Positions 1-7,710 of a stretch of 24,000 bases of DNA are shown here, in pieces. Source of the DNA: Endozoicomonas acroporae (lineage in GTDB: Bacteria > Pseudomonadota > Gammaproteobacteria > Pseudomonadales > Endozoicomonadaceae); the NCBI RefSeq assembly GCF_002864045.1, contig NZ_PJPV01000077.1:37287-61286 (forward strand), given 5' to 3'. The notes under the pieces were generated by a model. The model was not told the DNA's origin. It was given only the letters and a program-made list of their open reading frames with translations, and did no database searches. Position 1 is the stretch's first letter, and the number at the start of each line of letters is the position of its first letter. The position numbers were made by a program, and so were the translations under genes.

Positions 1-42
1 CCGTTCATACATGGCAGGATCAGCGAGACCTGGGAGAGAACA

Positions 43-843
43 TTATTCCCCGGATTTAGCACTAAGTTCTTCGTTCAGGGCCATGAAGTAATCAGCAGCC
101 AGGCGCAAATGGCTGCCGGTCCAGCAGAACATCTCACCATCCACCAGCCGGGTACTGGCAGTCACACCCAGCCCGGCAAATTCCTGACAATGCCGGTCTT
201 TAAATGAATAGGGCTCTGAAGACAAGAGCAGCATATCTGGCCCGGCTGTTTTTAGCTGTTCGATGGTGATCTCCGGGTAACGCTCCAGATCAGCAAAGAC
301 GTTTTCCATCCCGCAAAGCTTCAGCATCTCATTGATAAACGTATTACCGGCAGCAACCCGATAGGGCTTCCTCCAGATAAAATAAGCCACACGCAGCGTC
401 TTTCCCGAAGCCAGTCGTGCCATTTTGCGCCTGATGTCTTTGACGATTTCATCGGCATTGTGTTCTTTGTTGGTCAGCTGACCAACGGAGGTGATCATGG
501 CCAGGGCATCATCCAGGTTGTGAATATCACAGACCCAGGTTGGGTATTGCTGTTGCAGCCGCTCAATGCCCTCCCGGTAGTTCTCCTCCTTGTTACCGAG
601 GATCAAATCCGGCTGCAAGGCATCTATCGCCGCAAAATCCAATGTCTTGGGACCACCGATAATCGTTTTTTCCTTGCGTGCCCGCCCGGGATGAACACAG
701 TAGCGGGTTACTCCAACAATCCGGTCTTCCAGGCCAAGATCAAACAACAGCTCTGTCAGCGATGGCACCAGAGAGATAATTCTCACTGGCTTGTCACTGA
801 CGTCTACTGAATACTGCATCTGATCAATAAACTGGCGGGACAT
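43..843 (-). CDS. Cobalamin/metal-chelate substrate-binding-fold protein (BtuF/TroA-like), apparently cytoplasmic
   Basis: Intact 266-aa ORF. The N-terminal segment VRIISLVPSLTELLFDLGLEDRIVGVT, followed by PDLILGN and MLLLSSEPY, fits the class III binding-protein pattern of BtuF-type cobalamin binders. There is no hydrophobic signal peptide. It lies at the distal end of the eut relic, which is a B12-dependent pathway. Confidence 0.7.
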   Translation of the reverse strand: MSRQFIDQMQYSVDVSDKPVRIISLVPSLTELLFDLGLEDRIVGVTRYCVHPGRARKEKTIIGGPKTLDFAAIDALQPDLILGNKEENYREGIERLQQQYPTWVCDIHNLDDALAMITSVGQLTNKEHNADEIVKDIRRKMARLASGKTLRVAYFIWRKPYRVAAGNTFINEMLKLCGMENVFADLERYPEITIEQLKTAGPDMLLLSSEPYSFKDRHCQEFAGLGVTASTRLVDGEMFCWTGSHLRLAADYFMALNEELSAKSGE

Positions 844-999
844 TTTTGAGGCCTCAATGTTTCAAGATAGTAAAAAGCTTACCATAGGCAAATAGGCCTT
901 GCTCTTGATTAAAACTGTATCAAGTGAAAGCGCGTTTTAAAGCAGCTTCTGGAAAAACTCTTAATGCTTTACTCATGTTGTTTATCCTTTTTATCCCTC

Positions 1000-1551
1000 T
1001 TATCCCCGGACAATAACCACCTGTCGTTCATTCACTTCAACAACCTGTCCATCCATGCTGGCATGAATCATCGAGCCTAACTGCCCTTCAGGTGCTGCAC
1101 CGATTAACTGCCCTTTAACCACCCGGTCACCAACACTCACCACCGGCTGGCTGCTGGCACCAATATGTTGACGAAGCGACACACTGACTTTATCCATCAC
1201 CACATAACGATGGGTTTTGCACACCGATTCCGGGGTATTGGAAGGCATGGCAATGGCGGCTTTTTCCAGGGATACCTGCAGACGCGCCTCCAGCTTTTCC
1301 CTGAGCTGACGGACAATAGTCAGCGCACCGATGTAATCAACCACCAGCCCATCCTTCAACACCTGGGCAAACTGCATTTCCGTGGCAACCGGCTCGCCCT
1401 GATGGTTCAGCACCACCAGCACGATGTAGGCAGTACCAAGGTCGACCCCCACCACCAGCTTGTCAGCATCGGTAACCTGTGCGGTGTGGGTCAGACTGTT
1501 TTCCACTTGCCGGATCAATTGGCTGATGCGCTCAGGATTGAATTCAGACAT
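1000..1551 (-). pseudogene. Chimeric ORF: EutJ-like N-terminal ~105 aa fused to an RnfC_N-type barrel-sandwich domain (~65 aa)
   Basis: Residues 1-105 (LVVGVDLGTAYIVLVVLNHQGEPV...VLKDGLVVDYIGALTIVRQL) parallel the E. coli EutJ N-terminus (WLGVDLGTCDVV...VVRDGIVWDFFGAVTLVRRH). The remaining ~170 aa of the actin-like fold are absent. The C-terminal VSVSLRQHIGASSQPVVSVGDRVVKGQLIGAAPEGQLGSMIHASMDGQVVEV fits the RnfC N-terminal consensus (QHIGAP..P.V.VGD.V.KGQ.I...G..S..HAS.SG.V). The junction is near nt 1200-1240. Confidence 0.55.
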
Positions 1552-1645
1552 CGTCGTAAATCACGTTGGAACCGCTGCCCGCACCCGGTAAAAACAACGT
1601 TTCTGGCGTTTTCGGGCCGCGGGAGGTGGGCAGCGCTTGTTAAAA

Positions 1646-2333
1646 TTAACAGGCGATCAGTTCGCCTTTTGCATTGGCCGACAGGCCAACCGCATTGGCT
1701 TCATCAAAATCAATATGCATTGCCAGGGAAAAACTGTCGTTTACCCGGACCAGAACCCGATGGAAAGTCATCAGACGATCGGTTTCGACCCGAACATCTA
1801 CTTCCTGCTTGTCCTTCACCCCCCAGTCGCAGGGCATCGGCAGTGGTCATATGGATATGGTTACGGGCACTAATGACACCCTTGTGGAGCTGAACCATAC
1901 CCTGCTTATTGTCAACCGAGGAATAAAGGAAAATACCGGGGCTGCCAGCAATATCACCGGACTCTTTCAGCGGTGCATTGACACCCAGTTGACGGGCATC
2001 CGTACGGGAGATTTCTACCTGACTTTCTGGTCGCGCCGGGCCCAGTACCGCCACTTTCTCAAAAGTGCCTTTGGGGCCAATCACTGTTACCCGCTCTTCA
2101 CACAGGAACTGACCTGGCTGGGAAAGTTCACGCACCGGTGTCAACTGATGGCCGGCTCCGAAAAGGGCCTCAACATCCTTCTGACAAAGGTGTACGTGGC
2201 GGGCAGACGCCTCAATGGGGATCTCTTTGTTGCCGCACTCAGCCTCGGTAGAGGACAGGGTTTGCGCAGCGCATTCAACAATCACCTGATCAACAATTTG
2301 CTTCAGGAGTTCTTCATTCACGAGGGTATTCAC
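1646..2333 (-). pseudogene. pduL: Phosphate propanoyl/acetyltransferase PduL, frameshifted
   Basis: The 207-aa ORF (2333 down) carries both PduL half-domains (IPIEASARHVHLCQKDVEALFG...LSQPGQF...VLGPARPESQVEISRTDARQLGV...ARNHIHMTTADA). After ADALRL it leaves the family sequence. The true C-terminus (GVKDKQEVDVRVETDRLMTFHRVLVRVNDSFSLAMHIDFDEANAVGL) continues in another frame as ORF 1646-1837. The frame switch coincides with a C6 run at 1819-1824. The N-terminus (LLKQIVDQVIVE) looks like a BMC encapsulation helix. Confidence 0.8.
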
Positions 2334-2367
2334 AGCGGAGTCTCACAATCGGCATTGGCCGGATTAA

Positions 2368-2463
2368 GCTGTAGTCAGCCAGTACTTTCTGGGCTTCTTT
2401 GGCCCGGCGGATCAGATTTCTTACTTCCTGGATGGAAGCGAGGTCTTTATCAAGCAGTTCCAA
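2368..2463 (-). pseudogene. 5' stub (~32 codons) of a CoA-acylating aldehyde dehydrogenase (EutE/PduP type)
   Basis: Reverse-strand translation from TTG at 2463 gives LELLDKDLASIQEVRNLIRRAKEAQKVLADYS. This fits the N-terminal pattern of BMC aldehyde dehydrogenases and AdhE (..L..LV..AK.AQ......SQEQ.D). The similarity stops after ADYS, and the frame runs into the pduL start. A full gene would be ~460 codons. Confidence 0.45.
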
Positions 2464-2469
2464 CTTACT

Positions 2470-3012
2470 TTACCTTCTGTGATATTCGATCATGGCCTGA
2501 ATCAGCGCGTCTTTCCTGGCAAACTTGATGTCCTGTTTGCTCATTGGGAAATCCGGCAGCTGTCGTGCCATGTTTCTTAACTCTACTGTTCTGTGAGCCT
2601 TCAGTTCATCCAGCGTCATTTGCCCATTAAGAGCCGCAATGGATGAAGACTCAGGATCAGAGCCAACTGTCACTACCGCTTCTGCTGGCACCACAGCCTC
2701 TGGCCGGGCTGCCGCAGCGGGAGCAGGTTCTCTGATCGTACTACTGAGCAGCACATCCAGCTCCGTGGCCGGTCTGGCAATCACATGGGTGGATACCACT
2801 CTGCCAAGGCGATCGGCAGCCATGGTTCCCGCTTCTACTGCTGCTTTCACAGCACCAACGTCACCACGGATGATGACGGTCACCAGACCACCACCGGAAT
2901 TGTGTTTTGCAACCAGGCTGACATTGGCGGTTTTCAAACAGACATCCGCCGCCTCTACCGCCGGGAGGAAGCCAACGGTTTCAATAAAGCCTGCCGCCTC
3001 TTGTGTTCTCAT
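2470..3012 (-). CDS. BMC-H (PF00936-type) microcompartment shell protein with ~85-aa C-terminal extension
   Basis: Intact 180-aa ORF with RBS GAGAGGGG. The N-terminal 90 aa (AAGFIETVGFLPAVEAADVCLKTANVSLV...GGGLVTVIIRGDVGAVKAAVEAG...GRVVSTHVIARP) match the canonical EutM/PduA BMC-domain pattern. They are followed by an Ala/Pro-rich linker and a helical tail, MTLDELKAHRTVELRNMARQLPDFPMSKQDIKFARKDALIQAMIEYHRR. Confidence 0.88.
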   Translation of the reverse strand: MRTQEAAGFIETVGFLPAVEAADVCLKTANVSLVAKHNSGGGLVTVIIRGDVGAVKAAVEAGTMAADRLGRVVSTHVIARPATELDVLLSSTIREPAPAAAARPEAVVPAEAVVTVGSDPESSSIAALNGQMTLDELKAHRTVELRNMARQLPDFPMSKQDIKFARKDALIQAMIEYHRR

Positions 3013-3033
3013 CGCCAGCCCCTCTCAGGCTAA

Positions 3034-3386
3034 TCAGAAATGCTTGGGATTCTCTGCAACAAACCGTACAGCGTCAGCAAAGGCGTCACACGCCGCTGCG
3101 CACTTCAGCCGGGCTTGGACCCGCCAGCATGCCGATCACTTCACCGGCCAGTTTGGAGTTGGCATTGGCCGCGCCGCCGAAGAAGCTCTTGCCCATCACC
3201 ACAGACACTTCCGCGTTCTTGCACGCTTCATCCAGTGCGCAGTAGGTCACGTCATCCGCATCAGCTGTCAGGATGCCCAGGCTCTTCCAGCCCTCTGGCA
3301 TGCCCAGCTTTATCTGCCATTCTGGCATCAACATTAGGGATCATTTTCACCGCCAGTACACTGGCACCCAGACGATCACCTTTCAT
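3034..3386 (-). pseudogene. eutL: EutL (BMC-T shell protein) with frameshift and ~110-codon internal deletion
   Basis: ATG at 3386 with RBS GAGGAG gives MKGDRLGASVLAVKMIPNVDARMADK. The family sequence continues in another frame as LGMPEGWKSLGILTADADDVTYCALDEACKNAEVSVVMGKSFFGGAANANSKLAGEVIGMLAGPSPAEVRSG (ORF 3086-3334), with the frameshift near 3305-3312. After RSG a third frame reads CDAFADAVRFVAENPKHF-stop, which is the EutL C-terminus (compare E. coli ACNAFTDAVLEIARNP). The central ~110 residues are therefore missing, with the junction near 3088-3092. Confidence 0.8.
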
Positions 3387-3411
3387 TGCTCTACTCCTCT
3401 ATTCCCAAAGA

Positions 3412-4623
3412 TCAGAAACGGAAACCAACACCGCTGCACTTCTGCTCAAACATCTTCTTGACGATGTTGGCAATGTGCGCTCCCGCTTCTGCAGCCGGGG
3501 TCCCGCGACGATGGATATTGGAGATAACAGTACGGCCGGCTTCGGCCATGCCCACCTTGCCTTCATAGGTGATATAGGCACCCATGGACTCACCGGTAGC
3601 CAACCCTGGTCGTTCACCGACCAGCATCACCGTCACTTTGCTGTTGACCAGATCAGTCAGGTGATCCATGGCACCGACACGGCCAAACTTGATGAAGACA
3701 GGGTCGCCTACGCTCAGGCCATAACCTTCCAAGCCCTGCTGCAACGCAGGCAGGATGTTTTTCAGGTTGGCGGTAATCGCGCTGGAAGACAGACCATCAG
3801 CAATGACGATCTGAACGTCCGCACCTTTGCGGCACTCAGACTGAATTTTGGCAACGCCTTCATCACTGATCATGCGGCCAAGGTCAGGACGGGTAACGTA
3901 CATGTCCTTGTCATCACACTTGGAAGAGACAGCGATCAGACCGGTTTCAGTAATGAACGCTTCAGCCACTTCGTTGAAGACCGAGTCGATGGCCACCGCA
4001 TGGTCAGCGCGAAAACGCAGCATGGTTTCCGTCTCGTAACGGGGGCCTGCCTTGCCAATCCCCAGACGCGCGGGTGTTTTGGCTGCTTCGTTGCCTTTCT
4101 GGGAACCGGCGATGGACTGGAAAATCATGCCCGCAGGTGCACCACGCTCAACCGCTTCCATCTGGGACAGTACATGTGCCAGTACACAGTTCTGGGTTGG
4201 GATCTCAAACTTCTGCTTGATCTCTTCAAACTGGTGCAGACAGCGGTAGATACTGTCAGTGGTGTCATCCACCGGATTCAGACCGATAACCGCGTCCCCC
4301 ATACCGTAGGAAAGACCTTCCAGGGTAGAGATACGGATACCGTCGACGTTGTCCGTGGTGTGGTTTGGCTGGAGACGGGCTGCCAGAGTGCCATGACGAC
4401 CGATGGTCGTATTACAGGTGGCCAGTACTTCGATCTTGCTGGCCGCATAAATCAGATCGACGTTGGTCATCAACTTGGCAACCGCAGCGATCATTTCAGT
4501 GATTGATTCGGCGGCTATGCCCGCCAGTACGTCGCCAGAACGTTTTTCGTTGGCCTTGGCGAGTACTTCTTTAATGCTGGAAAAGCTGTAGACCTTTCCA
4601 AACAGTTTGGTTTTAAGAAGCAT
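3412..4623 (-). pseudogene. eutB/eutC: Deletion-fusion ORF: ethanolamine ammonia-lyase large subunit (EutB) fragments joined in frame to the EutC C-terminal ~220 aa
   Basis: From ATG 4623, MLLKTKLFGKVYSFSSIKEVLAKANEKRSGDVLAGIAAES matches EutB residues 1-40 (E. coli MKLKTTLFGNVYQFKDVKEVLAKANELRSGDVLAGVAAAS). The ORF then jumps to ITEMIAAVAKLMTNVDLIY...NPVDD...IPTQNCVLAHV...GAPAGMIFQSIAGSQKG, roughly EutB 105-260. It continues directly into EutC (TPARLGIGKAGPRYETETMLRFRADHA...VQIVIADGLSS...MLVGERPGL...ISNIHRRGTP...EQKCSG). The junctions lie at about nt 4504 and 4085. Confidence 0.85.
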
Positions 4624-4896
4624 GAGGAGCCTGTGCCTCGGGTTTGAATGAGTTAGCGCAACAAGGCTACCCAAACGAGCACGAGACCGGCTTGATATGC
4701 GTCAGCGAGCACCCATCATTAAAAAGTGACGTACATCAATAAAATCAGGGTGCGGATGGCTGTTTTTTGCGGGCAGGGAAGATAAATGATCAGGATCAAA
4801 TCCCGATGGGAAAAACAGCCTTAATAAACGACAAAAACATGATCCAGATCAAATGATGGAAGGAAAAACGCTGAATGTGTCTGCTGATGACTGATT

Positions 4897-5331
4897 TTAA
4901 TGAAGCTCAGTAAGGCGCTCAAGTAACTGCTCCGGGCTCTCGTGCACCAGATCTTTATTGATGTGATCTCCCAACGGCACATGTTTATCGACCACAGGCA
5001 GTATTTCACCCAATAGTTTTGGGGGAGCACAAATACGCAGGGTCTCAAACTGGTGCTGATCATGGGCATGATTGATAGACCTGGCCAGCATATGGGCAAA
5101 GTTGACCGACTCATGCTCTTTGGGCGAGTTATCCGTACCCAGACTACGGACACTACCGCCAGTGGATGAAGTGACTGAATGGCCGGGACCTGCCGTCACG
5201 AACTCATGCCGTTTCCATCTGCCTTCTTCATGATCAATATGATCAACCAGATCAAGCTCTTTCTGGTGTCGGTCAAAACGATAGACCTTGGCTTGGCTGT
5301 TATCAGCAACCAGTACCCAGGATGATGCCAT
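4897..5331 (-). CDS. Host-attachment protein family (PF10116-like)
   Basis: ATG at 5331 is preceded by GAGGTG. The pattern SWVLVADNSQAKVY...PKEHESVNFAHMLARSI...FETLRICAPPKLLGEI...INKDLVHESPEQL fits the family consensus (W.VVAD...AR.F ... P.E.E...FA..VA..L ... F..L.L.APP..LG.LR ... KDLT). Confidence 0.65.
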   Translation of the reverse strand: MASSWVLVADNSQAKVYRFDRHQKELDLVDHIDHEEGRWKRHEFVTAGPGHSVTSSTGGSVRSLGTDNSPKEHESVNFAHMLARSINHAHDQHQFETLRICAPPKLLGEILPVVDKHVPLGDHINKDLVHESPEQLLERLTELH

Positions 5332-5421
5332 GATATGCACCTCTAAATGGCTCGCTAACGATAACTGTTCAAAGATAGTTCAATGGTTCAGGAATTGCCT
5401 GTTTTTACCGTTGAGAAATCT

Positions 5422-7341
5422 TTAACTGGATGGATTTTGCTTTTCAGCCTGCATATAGGCAATTTTAACTTCCATGAAGTGAGCAACTCCGGCAAACTCT
5501 GTTCTCGCCACTTCCAGCATTTTTTGCCGCTCTTCTTTGAGCTTTTGCTTTTTGGACTTAAGCCTGAGAAAACGACTGCTGTCTTTTGAGGTTACAGACG
5601 GTAACAAGTCTGGTTCAATTCCACGCCAGATATAGTCAAAGGTTGTTTGATGAATTGTTTTAAGCTCATCATTAGCCAGGGTTTCCAGAATTGGATCTAT
5701 CTGATCATACAAGTCAATCATAAACTGTCTGTAAAAATTTCTCAGTTTTTCCCGCTGGGAATCTGACGTTATTATGGTATCCGAAGGCAATACAGCCTGT
5801 TCACTGGATTCGGGAAATCCTTCTCTGCCCTTAACATTATTTACAATCTGACTGGCCAAATCTCGATAGAATATCAGTGGGTCCTTTTCCTTCATGCCTG
5901 AGCGAAGTTCTGAAAATGCCTTTTCTACTGAAAAATCCAAATCCCATTGACCAAAGCTGACTCTGACACGTAATAACTGTTCAGGGTCAAGCTGAAAGGA
6001 AGGATCTGCTATTGTTAGCAATTTCAAAATGCCCTGGTGCATTCTAATTAATTTCCTGCTTTTAGTATCACCATCATCCACCAGAACATCACCGAGCATT
6101 GTTTTCAAAACGACCTTAACAGAGCTATCAGGAAGCTGTTTATAATGACAATAAAACTCTGAGAACTTACTCTGTAACTGTTCAGCCATTTTAACAAGCT
6201 GAAGGACTTCACCCTTTTCGTTTTCGGTAAGCGTGCTTTTCAGGTAATACTTTTGAAAACGCTTTTCAGCAATCCCAAATGCCAGATTGAATTTAGCAAC
6301 AGCCCTGGTACACGCTAATGGAAAATAGTGCTCACACTTCTGAAACTCAGGCATATGCTTTGCCGTGCTTTCCAGAGAGCCACACTCATCAAGAAATTTC
6401 CAGAAGCTTTCTGCAACAGCAGGCCAAATGGCATCTCGCAGGGCCTCTCCTCTCAGGGTTGTATATCTATCTTCCCCCAGAACCAGTTTCATAACATCCG
6501 GAACCTGCTCCAGATCCATATTCACGTCTCTAATCAAATTGTACGGTTCAGACAGCCTGACAAAAGACTGTATATCTGTGACAGCCCTCATGACAAAGCC
6601 CGGGTCAAGGGCACCATTTTGGTAGGGCTCAACTTCATGGAATCGTGTTGCCCGATCACTCAGAGCAGCTCTGAAGGAAAATAATTGCGCTAACTGACGT
6701 TGAATTTTTTCCTCTGCTTTTATCGGTTCAGAGCAGAGTTCCTGACTTAATTTGGTTGAGGGTAAATCGATCTTATGATTTTTATTTCGTATCGCTTTAC
6801 GTGTCCACCGGCCTCTATTAAAAGGAGATCCGGCTGGTACCTTAACTTTATCTTCTGAGTGAGATTTTCCCCTGTCAGCTTCAGGAGTAGAATGATGTTT
6901 TTCATACTTATCAACCAACTCGGCCACTGAAACTTCATAATCATCTTCGGGGATGGGAGAGCTTTTTAATTCTGTTATTTTTTTATGACCAGCATTTTCT
7001 TTAAAGGACTCAATACGTTCCAGGACAGAAATAGCAGCCTTATTCGGGTTCAGCCTTTTATTTTCATGCAAAGATTCATCGTCATTTTCTCCAGCATTCG
7101 AAATATAACCGGAGTCAATAGAAGCTATTGAAACACGCCACTGGCTTGAACGATCCGATAAATTTTCCTCATGATAATCATTTAATTTTTCCGCCTCAGG
7201 AAGATGGTTAACTACTTCATTACTTTCTGAAACGGACATACCTGAAAAACTTTTATCTTTGACGCTTTTACTGTGACTTTCCCGGCCGGGACGACCATCA
7301 TCATATGATAAAAAGCCAGTATCATTTCTCTCTATTTTCAT
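5422..7341 (-). CDS. Hypothetical 639-aa protein with no recognisable domain; candidate secreted/effector-like protein
   Basis: Long uninterrupted ORF in a visibly AT-rich segment, with GGAG 6 nt upstream of the ATG at 7341. The first ~200 aa are Ser/Asn/Glu/Lys-rich and look disordered. They are followed by a helical-looking ~400-aa body. I recognise no motif. Confidence 0.65.
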   Translation of the reverse strand: MKIERNDTGFLSYDDGRPGRESHSKSVKDKSFSGMSVSESNEVVNHLPEAEKLNDYHEENLSDRSSQWRVSIASIDSGYISNAGENDDESLHENKRLNPNKAAISVLERIESFKENAGHKKITELKSSPIPEDDYEVSVAELVDKYEKHHSTPEADRGKSHSEDKVKVPAGSPFNRGRWTRKAIRNKNHKIDLPSTKLSQELCSEPIKAEEKIQRQLAQLFSFRAALSDRATRFHEVEPYQNGALDPGFVMRAVTDIQSFVRLSEPYNLIRDVNMDLEQVPDVMKLVLGEDRYTTLRGEALRDAIWPAVAESFWKFLDECGSLESTAKHMPEFQKCEHYFPLACTRAVAKFNLAFGIAEKRFQKYYLKSTLTENEKGEVLQLVKMAEQLQSKFSEFYCHYKQLPDSSVKVVLKTMLGDVLVDDGDTKSRKLIRMHQGILKLLTIADPSFQLDPEQLLRVRVSFGQWDLDFSVEKAFSELRSGMKEKDPLIFYRDLASQIVNNVKGREGFPESSEQAVLPSDTIITSDSQREKLRNFYRQFMIDLYDQIDPILETLANDELKTIHQTTFDYIWRGIEPDLLPSVTSKDSSRFLRLKSKKQKLKEERQKMLEVARTEFAGVAHFMEVKIAYMQAEKQNPSS

Positions 7342-7710
7342 AGCAGACTCCCGACCACATCATTAAAACTTATACAGGCTGCAGGATATTTACATAAGAG
7401 TTTCATATGAATCTATTTTCAATAAATTGTAAAAAACCAATATCGCCAAATATTAACAACCAATTATCTCGTAGATAACAAACAGTTATTTAGCACCAAG
7501 AACAGAGAATCAGCCAAACCCAATATTCAATGTTCAATAATCAGTCAGCAGGCTGTCAGAGTACAGCATAAAATTGCTTAGTAATGTGAAGCTATTTTCT
7601 CTACAGGACGGCCAAAAAGACTTTTAATATGAAATAGATAGTAAAAAAGATAGAATACCCGCAAAATCAAATTAACTGAACAAAACAATAAAAATAGTTT
7701 GGAGCCTTCC

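Noticed and set aside
844-999. 18-codon ORF (MSKALRVFPEAALKRAFT) with an AAGGA RBS between the eutJ chimera and the BtuF-like gene, considered as another eut gene stub (eutN, eutQ or eutH).
   Set aside because: It is too short, and I cannot match it to any eut family. It might be a remnant, but that is unsupported.
1165-3337. Plus-strand ORFs of 232-284 aa (1165-1893, 1674-2528, 2639-3337).
   Set aside because: All are antisense to recognisable eutJ, pduL, BMC-H and eutL sequence. They have no motifs and no RBS, so they are shadow ORFs.
3040-4506. 488-aa plus-strand ORF, the longest unannotated ORF in the left part of the window.
   Set aside because: It lies entirely antisense to the eutB/eutC sequence, whose family match is unambiguous. 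Its translation is Arg/Ser/Pro/Gly-rich low-complexity sequence typical of a shadow ORF in GC-balanced coding DNA.
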